Positions 52,990-64,000 of a stretch of 64,000 bases of DNA are shown piece after piece; within the stretch, counting starts at the first letter, position 1, and the number at the start of each line of letters is the position of its first letter. The position numbers were made by a program, and so were the translations under genes. The DNA is from Octopus vulgaris (taxonomy: Eukaryota): assembly GCA_951406725.2 (NCBI GenBank), contig OX597814.1, forward strand, positions 211,916,001 to 211,980,000, in the 5' to 3' direction. Below the pieces are notes generated by a model. That model saw nothing but the letters and a program-made list of their open reading frames with translations. It was not told where the DNA came from and searched no databases.

Positions 52990-55900
52990 TCCAAAGGACC
53001 CGACCCGAAATTTCTCCGGAATAAACCAGCCAACTCGTTCTCGTCGATAGTCAGGATCTCCCCGAGAACGTCATCTCACTTACGCGCCACTAACTCTCTA
53101 CAGAAAACCATAGTGGAACTTCTACGGACTGCATTGCCCGACTGGCAGAGGATTCAGAGCGCCGAAGGACACTCTAGGTACCACACAACCTGCCTTGGTC
53201 TACGTTTGATGCAGGACTGCAGCTTAGTGGAAGATACGAGATGTGGGAAATTGTGTCTGAAAACAGCGACCACTCCTGCTTACAATCTAGGAAACGCAAT
53301 TGATAACGCAGCTTCAGATATTCTGCGCATAAATAGACACGTCTTAACATATCTCCATTTAGCGAGTGCTGATAGAAAATAGAGCTCCTGACCAGTGGAA
53401 CACGTCCCTTCCACAGAAAGCCGAAAAGAAGCATTTCAGTTTGGTAAGAATCGAACTGGAACAGGGCACGGTTGGGTGGTAGTAGTTGACAGATGCGATG
53501 TAAGCATTCGCCAACTTTTACCGACCTTCCAAGTATGATTTTTTTCAGCACATTTCCAGGTCTTGCTCGCTAAGTTCTTCTCCACTTGGAGATCTCGACA
53601 GAACCAGATCGCGACGAATTTAACCGGTCTTTCGGGTAGCGACCAACGACGCGGAAGGCATGGATCTACAACTTCAGATGCCAAGTTGCAGGCCCACTGA
53701 TTTCTCGTTATTTTTTCTCCTTTCACCGAATCGTATTCATTTAGAGCCGTGCTTACCAGGTCTATGTGTCTGCTGTTCGACATATGACAGTGCCGCATTC
53801 TACGTATGCCGACACGGTTCTATCATGTCCTAGTTCGCGCGGGATGACTCTGAACTCATCCAGTTTCTGCAGCAATTGCTGTAGAATCATTACATACAGG
53901 GAAGACTGGATGGGACACCTTTACAGACTGAAGCAATGATACTAAATGATATGGATAGGTAAAAATTCACTCGAACTATCGATCAGCTCTAGCTATATAT
54001 TGCTGCGATCCAGCTACGGAAAACGGGACCGGAAGAGGCCGCCAATTATTGGTAGTCAACCCTATCAAAGGCATTAGATTGATCCAAATTGATTAAAGAC
54101 ATAATCATGTCTGCTTCATTACCCTCTCTGTCTATGATGTGTCCCATGAGGTGTAGGTTGTCGGGGAGGGATCTCTTTCGGTCGGGGCATGTTTGCACAT
54201 CACCAGTTACTTGCTCGACAACAAGCGCCCACTTCTTCGCTTATACCTTGCTCAGATGTTTGGAGTCTACATTCAGCAGTGTTATAGGCCTTAAATTTTC
54301 TATTTGATCCCTCTTATCTAGGCCCTTTCTCAGCAGTGTGACTACACATTGGCTCGCTGAACTAGGAATTCTCCGATTGTGCTGGGAGTTGCGGTAGATA
54401 TCTACTAAAAAGCCGCCAGAAAAGTTTGGCATATAGTAAAGCTCGTAGGGTAGACCATCCAAACCAGGCGATTTGCTCCACCCTGCAGCTTATCATCGCG
54501 GCTTTGTTACTACGTTGAAACTGTCACTCGGGCCCATTGGGCGGCTTTAGTTCCCTCGTTTATTAGAGCACGTACATTAGTTCTGACAATACATCTTTCG
54601 CGCTTGGCGTTCAAGATTTGGCCCAGGTCTAATCTCGCCATCAACACGTCAGTTGCAATACTTCTCCAAAGCGCCTCTTATAAGTTCCTAACTAGTTTCC
54701 TTCTATTCTATTTATCTCTATTGCTAGTGCCCTACTAAACCTCAGCGATTCTATCTTAATTGCTCTTTCCGCCATTTGTTGTTGAGGATTGAGCCAGTTA
54801 ACGCCCGCTTAACTGATTCGCTAACCCAGCACTTGAAGTTTGGAACGCCGGGAGTGATGCGTTCAGCTTCCATTAACCCGGTCCCTATCTACGTAATATA
54901 TCTAAATCGGCCGTACAGTTCATAAATTGTGTCGTCTTAGTAGCCGATGGTATTAAAAACTGGAAAACATACTATCATTATCTACTGGTCTACAGAATGC
55001 TCTATCTATATACGACGTGAATGACTCTGCGGTTAGACCAGGCCCACACTTGCACATTCGGGAAATCCAGCCGGTAACTGTCAGAGAGTTGAAAACATCT
55101 GAGCAGGTCTGAGAAGCTTTTGCAGCCACCCCACTTCTATCCCCTTGATTCACACATTTCAAACGTGCTTCTAAGATAGCATTCCAGTCGCCAATAAGCA
55201 TTAAAGGACGAGGCGTTCCAAGGAAATCACCAGACGCCTAAAAAAGTACGGCTACGGCTATCCTAAAATTAACAGCCACTAATCTGAAAGCAGGCCCGTC
55301 GCTACAGCTTACATTCAGGACCAACAACTTACCTTTTGAGTCTAGGAAGATAGGCCGTATCTTGAGATTCAAGCCACTCCAGATTAGCATCGCTGTTCCA
55401 CCTATAATTCTCGGCTGACATGGAGACAGATATATCTCGTATCCAACGAAAATTGGCATAAAAGCCTGTAGGTCAGAGGGTCTGGTTTCACTGATAGTCA
55501 CTATATCGACGCTTAATGACCTGAGGTCGTTGAGTAGATGACCTTGTTTCAGAGTCGACCCCGGCCCACGTGCTTTTATATTACCCACTCGGAGCAGGGT
55601 CATGTAAGATCAAAATATAGGAGCGGAAGAGGGTACCTACTGTGATTTAGTAGAAGAAGAAGGGACGGATGTTCCATACCCAGTAGTATGTTCGGATGAT
55701 TCCATGAGCAGCACTTCATGTAAATGTCTATTTCTGTCCCTCTGGAAAGCCCCTTCTCCTTCAGGATATTTTGCTTTGATGATGTTATATGAGTTTTGTG
55801 ATGATTGTATGACTTTAATATATTTTGGTGTGTTGTTTCTCAATGTGCTGAGATTTGTGTGTGTTATGTGTGTACTGTTAAATTTGTGAGATATTAGTTT

Positions 55901-57100
55901 TGCTTTGTGTTTATTGTTGATGTCTATTGCTATATAGTTAATTTTGTTTTAAATAGGTTGTGCTCGGGGTGATGGTGTTTCTGATGGCGGTGTTTGTAAT
56001 GGTGGTTGTAGTGATTGTAGTGACTGGGATGTTTTTGCCGTTGACAGTAATGGTGTGAGTGCTGTTTGGAGAGGTGTGCTTGTCTTTAATTGCATCTCCT
56101 CTCTTTCATCATACCCATCAGATTTTGTTTTGTTGGTGACGATGCCGTTTTGGTTCTGTTTCTTTTTCTCTCGTTTGTCCTGACTACTGATTGCTATTCA
56201 GGCTGTTCCTCGTCCTCCTCTGTACATGACGTGCCTGAGTGTTCGGAACAGGGCAAAGACAAATGGTGTGGACATTTTTGGTGTTGTCCTGTGGATAAAG
56301 TGGTTGTTTTGTTTGGGAGGGTTCTGTTGCTGCTGTTCGTGTTGCGGCTGGAGGCTGTGTTGTTGCGGTAGATGAGGCTGCTACTATTGTGACTGTTGTG
56401 TTCGCCTGTCCCTGTTGTTATTTTTGTTGTTGTCGTTGTGGTGGTAGTAAAGGTGGCGGCGGCGGTGGTGGTGCTTGTGGTGGTGGTGGTGGTGATGGCG
56501 GCAAAAGTGTAGGTCTCTTTTCTCTCCTTTACTGTGGGGAGAAAGCCTTTAGATGGTTTTTGTCTCCGACCAGATGACGGCTTGATTTTCCGCCCTCGAC
56601 AGCCACGGGAAGTATTGTGCCATCTAGTGGACTTGTATATCCTGACACAGACTCCACGCTTTGCTAGTCAGCTTGCATTAGAAGCTGCATCCTCTGTCCT
56701 AACCAGTTCTACTTGTGAATTTCCTGTATTCGTCGAATTGCAGCCACTAACCAGGTATGTTAATTTCTGGTGGATGCTGAATATTTTAACTCCGAATACT
56801 CTTCGACCAAGGCAGATGGGATGAGAATGCTTTCATCCCTCGTTAAGATAGCTCTCGAGTGTTGTTTTTTATCATTTCCTCTGAGGTGGACATCGCCTCG
56901 ACAGTCCAATATTTCCTTCCCTATGCACATACGAATTGGTTTTAAGTATTCCTCTATTTGCTGCAGTGTTACTTGCTCCACTTTCGTACTTGTGACACCG
57001 ATTAATTTATATATTTGTTTGGTAACTAAGTTCCTGCCGCTTTTTCGGAATTTTGGAATTTATTGCGTTTTTAGATTTTTGAATATATTTTTTATGAGAA
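52990..57100 (-). mobile_element. Decayed L1/Tx1-clade LINE (ORF1, APE endonuclease, RT)
   Basis: ORF2 start 55603 (ARG, ISETR, LIGDWNAIL, YIDR); KSPGLDGLPYELY, NLRPITLLNVDSK, NLDQSNAFDRVD; low-complexity ORF1 upstream. Confidence 0.9.
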
Positions 57101-57169
57101 TTCTATTTTTGAATCATTATGAAATCTATTTTGTTATTTTTCCAGTTAATTTTAGTTAATTTTTATTTT

Positions 57170-57436
57170 ATTTTCAGATCATTAAAAGGGAATGTGAAGT
57201 TAACAAAAATGAGCATTTTCGACACCTCGTTCAGAGCTTGGTTGGATCAATTTTTCGAGTCGAAATCGGGTGATTTGTATCAACGACGTATTGAAAAACC
57301 TTGTTGAACGTTGGTAAGAAATTGTAAACAACAAGGGTGAACACATTATTGATTAATTAGTTGTTAATTTTTATTAAACCTTTAAAAAAATTTAAATTAA
57401 AAAAAAAAGCGAAGGGAACATAGTTACCAACTGAAT
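57170..57436 (+). mobile_element. Mariner 3' fragment with right TIR remnant
   Basis: FRSL...WLDQFFESKSGDLYQRRIEK/LVERW..IVNNKGEHIID*. Confidence 0.8.
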
Positions 57437-58039
57437 ACAACTGTCGGCAAATTAATTTCTTTTATACAGTTCTAAAAATGTGTAACTCCCCTTTTGGCAT
57501 TCTTGAAATTATTTTAATCAAAGAGAATATCTTCACTTACTTGCCAGGTCGCTTGTGCATAACCGAAAAAGTTCCGACAGGATATGATCGTCTCGATTTC
57601 GTTGTATTTTTTCGTTAATTATCTTGGTGAAGGTCGTGGTGCTGGATCTGCTGCTGGCACCGGGAGTGGACGTGTTCACGACTGTGTTGTTGCTTTTCAT
57701 TTCATTTTCTTTTGTTCCTGTGATGGTTAAGTGGAAGGCAGGAGCAAGAGAAATTCGTTTTCATGTTTAACGTAAGTTATTGTCGTTAGCGTTGTTGTTG
57801 GTTGCGGTTGCTGCTGCTGCAACTGCTGATGCTACTGCTGCTGCTGATACTACTGCTGATGTTACTGCTGCTGATGATGATACTGCTGCTGCTAGAGCAA
57901 TCAGCGTCTTTCACGACTTGGTCGTTCTCTTTCCCAGACAACCAGCTGTTGTTTCTTCCAGCAGATAGGAAATTGTTGTTCGTCATCTGTGATTTTAGCA
58001 GTGTTGATAGTGAATAACCATAATGAATTATAGCTATAG

Positions 58040-58260
58040 TAAATTAAGGTGAAGATAGTTCCAATTATTGTTGGAACTTTGGGATGTGTTTCAGAAGGAA
58101 TCACGAGGAATATAAAGGAAATTGGAACAGAGTGCCCAGTAGAAATGTTTCAAAAGTTTTGCCTCCTTGGCACGGCAACAATAGTCAGGAAAGAATTAGA
58201 GAGCTGAAAAGAAAGGATAACCTGTTATCGTGGGCTGCATGTAGCAAGACCGCTACACAT
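58040..58260 (+). mobile_element. 3' fragment of R4/Dong-like LINE (same family as 58610-59910)
   Basis: VKIVPIIVG...QKFCLLGTA; shared 3' UTR ggctgca.gtagcaag.ccgctac. Confidence 0.75.
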
Positions 58261-58304
58261 GCTAAACTCCAGGAGCGCCAACAAAATATGCGATAAAGCG
58301 AAGT

Positions 58305-58610
58305 AATAATTAGAATACTTTGTCATGTGAAATTTTATCGTTGCAATCATGAGATTTCAGTTAGTGAAAAGTCAATTTTGAGAGGTAATTATTTAATAAA
58401 GTTAATGCGTTATGGTTTTTATATTATCAAACATTAATAAATATATTCGATGGCACCAATTGTCATTTACATTGGCATCAGTTGTCAGATATAATTCTCT
58501 TGTAAGACAAAGCAATTATAACTCTCATATAATTGTGAACATGAGACAAAAAGGGGAAAGTTGCGGCAAACTACTGTAAATACAATCCAATCTTTAATTC
58601 AGATGTGACC
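58305..58610. repeat. ~305-bp diverged direct duplication, copy 1 (copy 2 at 61060-61369)
   Basis: catgagatt.cagttagtgaaaagtcaa...ctactgtaaata...agatgtgacc in both copies. Confidence 0.92.
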
Positions 58611-59910
58611 TCAACCTCAATCCAGCTATAGATACCTGGGAAAACTTGATATGGATGGAATCAAACAGAATGACATGGAGGAAAAGACAAACAGAGAGTA
58701 CCTGCGACGAGTGAAAAAAGTTTTGGCTTCAAAGCTGAATGTCAGAAACATAATTACGACAATAAACTAACGTGCAACAGCAATAGTTCGCTATGACGAT
58801 GGAATCCTGAAGTGGACAGAGGTGGAACTAAAGGTGACGGACAGTTAGTCAAGAATGCTTCTAGCGATGCATGGTTTCCATCCTCCATATGCGGACACTG
58901 ATCTCATATACATGAAGAGATCAAATGAAGCAAGAGTACTGATAGTTATGGAAAACTGCGTGCGTATCGAGCTCGAGAGTTTAATGAGACACCTAGCCCA
59001 AATTAAGGAAACTTTGCTAATGACAGTTAGGAGCAAGGGAGCATTCAAAGCAGAGTAAAAAAAAACAAAGGATGAAGTGCAAAAATGACATCAAGAAGAA
59101 GTACGCACGAAGAGACTAAGCAATCAATGCAAGCAGCCACAACGGAAGCTGCTGAAAAAAAATAGGTGGGATTGGCTGATGAAAGGAACCCTAAAAAAGA
59201 GACCATGAGCACTGTACTGGCAGCACAAGACCAAGCTGGGGTCAGGAACTGCAGAGTCAACCTGAGGAATGAGCAAGAGTCTCAGCAATAGGGTGGGTGA
59301 AACAATTGCCCCTATCAGGAACGAATGCCCTAGACATTCCCCAAGCTTCTAAAAGATGTGGCGACACGACCAAGTAGCAAAAGTGCTACACTGTAAACTG
59401 TGAGAAAAGTCTGAGCTAGAGAGATGGAAGACGTGGTATGAGCACAAAACTCAGAGGGTGACAGAGTCGAAGACTAACAAAAGCCTCTGGGATTTCTCAA
59501 ACCAAACAGATCAGGTGGTAGAGCATAACAGGCCGGATCTAGTTGTGGTGGACAATATGCAACACATATGCTATATAGTTGATGTAGCATGCCTCTCTGG
59601 CCAAAGAATATTCGAGAAGAAATGCCAAAAGATTGAGAGATATAAAGCTCTTAAGTGCGAAATAACCCGGCTATGGAAAATGAAGAAGGTGAAGATAGGG
59701 CCAATTATTGTTGAGTTCTCCGGAAGCGTATTAGAAAACATCAAGCGGAATATAAAGGAAATTAGAAGAGACTGCCCATTAGAACTCTTACAAAAGTTTT
59801 ACTTTCTTTGCACGGCCAGAATAATGAAGACCGTATTAGATTGCTGAAAATGATGGATATCATAGTACCGTAGGCTGCAGGTAGCAAGCCCGCTACGTAA
59901 TAATAATAAA
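58610..59910 (+). mobile_element. 5'-truncated R4/Dong-like LINE
   Basis: YRYLG, EYLRRVKKVL.SKLN, AAQDQA, RHDQVAKVLH, LWDF, HNRPDLVVVD, K..KY-type motifs; (TAA)n tail. Confidence 0.88.
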
Positions 59911-59914
59911 GATG

Positions 59915-60038
59915 AAAAGAAGAAGACGAAGAAGAAGAAGAAGAAGAAGAAGAAGAAGAAGAAGAAGAAGAAGAAAAAGAAGAAGAAGAAGAAGAAGAAG
60001 AAGAAGAAGAAGAAGAAGAAGAAGAAGAAGAAGAAGAA
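59915..60038. repeat. (GAA)n microsatellite
   Basis: Direct reading. Confidence 0.99.
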
Positions 60039-60642
<604 letters not shown>

Positions 60643-60765
60643 CCTTTCTAGTATAGGCACAAGGCCAGTTATTTGGGGGAGGGAAAGAGTCCATTTCACT
60701 GACCCTAGTACACAACTGGTACTTATTTTATCGAACGGAAAGTGATGAAACGCGATGTTACCTCC
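60643..60765 (-). mobile_element. Partial SINE family D
   Basis: gaccctagtacacaactggtacttattttatcga. Confidence 0.6.
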
Positions 60766-61059
60766 ACTACAACTACTATTCCCCAGTAAATTAAAACGAC
60801 AATCGCTATTGTATGTATGAATAACATTAATTATAAATTAGAAGAAAATAGCTTATATCTATGTATTGATATGAATAAATGATAGCAGTGATACTTGAGT
60901 GTATATTTGTGCCTCGAGTGATGCCTGTTCACTTTGCAAAAACAGTGTATTAAAATTTAAACAATATTGTTGCTTTTTTAAAGATATAAATACTATGCAA
61001 TTTTATGCATTTTCTCTATGAGAATATACATCTTCCAAGGAAATTATTTATAGTAGTTT

Positions 61060-61369
61060 AGTAATTAAAATACGTTGCCTTGTGAAATTTCATTGTCGCA
61101 GTCATGAGATTCCAGTTAGTGAAAAGTCAAGTTTGAGAGGTAATTATTAAATAAAGTTAATGAATGTGTTATGGTTTTTATGTTATCAAACATTAATAAA
61201 TATATTCGATGGCACTATTTATCATTTACATTGACATCAGCTGTCAAATACAATTCTCTTGTAAGACAAAGCAATTATCCCACTCATATGATTGTGAACA
61301 AGAGACAAAAGGGGAAGAATAGCGCCAAACTACTGTAAATAGAATCCAATATTCAACTGAGATGTGACC
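61060..61369. repeat. ~305-bp diverged direct duplication, copy 2
   Basis: Matches 58305-58610. Confidence 0.92.
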
Positions 61370-61794
61370 AAACGAGACACCAATTATAACAACGGAAAAT
61401 GATTAATATTTTATGAATATAAATAAATAAAACACAATATGTAAAGAAAATGACTTCGGATTCTAATAGGCTGATAATTGCCAAATTGTGAGATAGTATT
61501 TCATTCAAAACTGATTTAACCTCAAAGAGTAATGCCTACACAAGCTTTCTGTTTCATCTCTAATTATAGGAAATCAACCATTAAATTAGCGATCTGACGA
61601 ACATAAAGTGGCCTCTCGGTACTAACTTTATTAAATACATACGTTCGACATTTAATTACGACGTATATTAAATGTAAAATTTGTCTGTGTTATAGTTTAT
61701 GCATTTTCAAATTTCACTTAAATTATTTCGAATGTTTACCCATTTGCCGTGATCTGATTGTAATGTAGATTATGCCAGGTACATGGTACTTTAC

Positions 61795-61983
61795 CTATAT
61801 GTAAGCTTTCATTTATTGCTACTGTTTATTATTCTACGGGTGTTAATTCTTCATCTTCGTTTCGCATTTCTTTAACCAAGCGCTTATTTCAAGGCTTTCC
61901 CGCAGTGGCCATCTCGAAGTTCGTTGGATATCCAGCGCCATATCATAGAATTTATTACTCTATTCTTGTCTGAAAGATAGTAT
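61795..61983 (-). pseudogene. Decayed exon-like block
   Basis: ttttttcag|ATA ... ATATAG|gtaaag; stops in all frames. Confidence 0.35.
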
Positions 61984-62662
61984 CTGAAAAAAATCAAGCA
62001 ATATTTGGAATAATATTTAGTGAAATGACAGATGAGTTTTCCAATATTAATATAGAAGAATAATCTATTCAAATAGGAAGTTCTTGCCGTTATGTTTGCC
62101 AAGGTATAAAAGCAACATAAAGAAATGAAAGCATGTGGTTTCTTATGTAGTATTGACAATTCAATATTCGAAATTAAAATGTACCCACAACATCTGAAAG
62201 CGGGAAAACAGCATAATTATGCATCATTATGAGAATATATTTCGGTTGAGAACCTAACAAAGATGGAACATACTAGGAGAATTGCAAATATTCGTGACAC
62301 ATCATGTTTGAAGAAATGTTTCCGAAATTAACGGAAATTAGATAAAATTCCTAAAATTATATATGTTGTTGCAGTAGTCAAAATTAGATTCATTAAAACA
62401 AAAATTAAAGAGAACCAAAATAAAATGAATGAATATATTAATTAGCTTTCATAAAAATTAGAATTCCAGAGCTTTAAACCCGAAAGTTATGGAAATTAAA
62501 AGAGACAGGGTAAACTTTTAAATAAGGCTGGGGATCGATAATACGTTATTGCTAGATAGAATAATTGATATCTCTTCATATGTTAGTGTGTGATTTCAGT
62601 GACTATTTAGCTGTTATTCATAGTAGGATGATTGACTACCTAACGAAACCTCCATTCATTAC

Positions 62663-62956
62663 TTTTATGTTAAATATGAGTATTTAATATGACATGGTGT
62701 ATAAAGTTATAATAACAATGATGAATTGCATTCAGAATCCGGAATGAAGTTGTTCATATCTTTCTTGTTTTTCAGCCTTTTATCATCAAAAGGAAATAAT
62801 GCAAGTGAAATTTATGCTAGCATTTTCTGTTGTATTTCACTAACAATTCATGATTTGTGTCTATTTCTTGGAAGCATTTTTGAAATAAAATATTGCATAT
62901 GCGGTACCACTTAGGCTATAGAAATTTTCAAAAAGCTTCTCTGGTTTAAATATCTC
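62663..62956 (-). pseudogene. Decayed exon-like block (EIFKPEKLFENFYSL...)
   Basis: ttttaattatag|GAG ... AAAA|gtaatg; internal stops. Confidence 0.3.
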
Positions 62957-63542
62957 CTATAATTAAAAGTCCCAGTGACAATAACGTAAACATTCTTCTC
63001 ATTGTCTGATATTAACAGGGCAAATGGTAGCGTCATGTTTATTTATTATTCATTTAATGGACACTACATGACTTGATGGAATATTTGAATAGTGGAAAGA
63101 ACTAACTATATTCAGCTCTTTTCCATCCATGCGTCACAGATACACATTGGCATACACACACACCCATAGATATATACACACACATACATACATATATACA
63201 CACAAGCATACCTACATATACTTATATGCGTGTGTGTATGCATATGTATGTACACACACATACACATATGCGCGAACAGATGTGCATTAATTTTCCATTA
63301 GGAACATGATGTATTCTACATTATTAGCAGTCAAATAACGGGAATTCATATATAGATATCCATGAAAAAAACACGACAAGATTGTCATTGGAAGAAGGAA
63401 TATTAAGTTCGAATCCTTCGAAATCCTTGGGCTACATCTCCATAGTATCATCCGATTCTATGGATTTTTATTGCAAAATAAATGTCTTACCCTAATTCGC
63501 AATTAACAGCGATAAAAGTAAGCTTTACACCCACAATGTTAC

Positions 63543-63830
63543 CTTTTCTTTAATTGTGACAAGACTTTGTTTGAGAGAAAATTATTTTTTGATTTTCGTA
63601 TTAGGTCGGAAACATAATTCTGATGCTAAAAACATATTTTGGTCACTCTAGCACGGCGGTATTGCATAGTAGGATAATCGAGGTATTGTGTGAAGTGAAT
63701 GCAGTTATTAACACATATGTTAATATGTATTGATATCCTATTGTCTGAAGATAGATACACTGTGTTAGTATCGAGTAATGCTCTAGACGTCCTTGATTTT
63801 ATTGTGTTTGACAATGTCAGAGAAATCAGC
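63543..63830 (-). pseudogene. Exon-like block with one in-frame TAG
   Basis: ORF 63626-63814 continues past the TAG to donor AAAAG|gtaaca; acceptor unclear. Confidence 0.3.
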
Positions 63831-64000
63831 TCATTTAACTGATATATACATTAGTGGCATTAAATGATTTACAAATATGTTTAAGCGTTAAGGACAGAAC
63901 ACTCAAATGTATCGACCCCATACTTAACACGAATAAATACCTATTAAGTTTAGACGTAGTTTCCCTCTACGCCACTGTATCCGCTCCCCCGGTCGTTGAT

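Overview
AT-rich, repeat-dense eukaryotic DNA. The SINE families and the TA/ATAC/GATA/TAGG microsatellite load suggest an Octopus-type cephalopod genome (inference). Most ORFs in the supplied track are microsatellite or transposon artefacts. Real content: (1) four tRNA-type SINE families; decayed LINEs of the CR1, RTE, R4/Dong-like and L1/Tx1 types; DD34D mariner and DD37D maT-like transposons. (2) A phase-consistent, partly disabled multi-exon gene on the minus strand (exons 21679-21390, 19765-19431, 14322-13823, terminal exon 7747-7436). By eye its product resembles a divergent Mab-21/cGAS-like fold. Further decayed exon-like blocks lie at 51 kb and 61-64 kb. (3) Most interesting: at least five sequence-unrelated families of short, non-coding elements, each with a type I hammerhead ribozyme motif and sitting in or against (TA)n microsatellites; three show Penelope-like direct-plus-inverted repeat structure. 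One is a tandem dimer with a compensatory U3-A8 core, and one has a perfect core with a long AT-rich stem II. All coordinates and folds were derived by eye; no searches were run.
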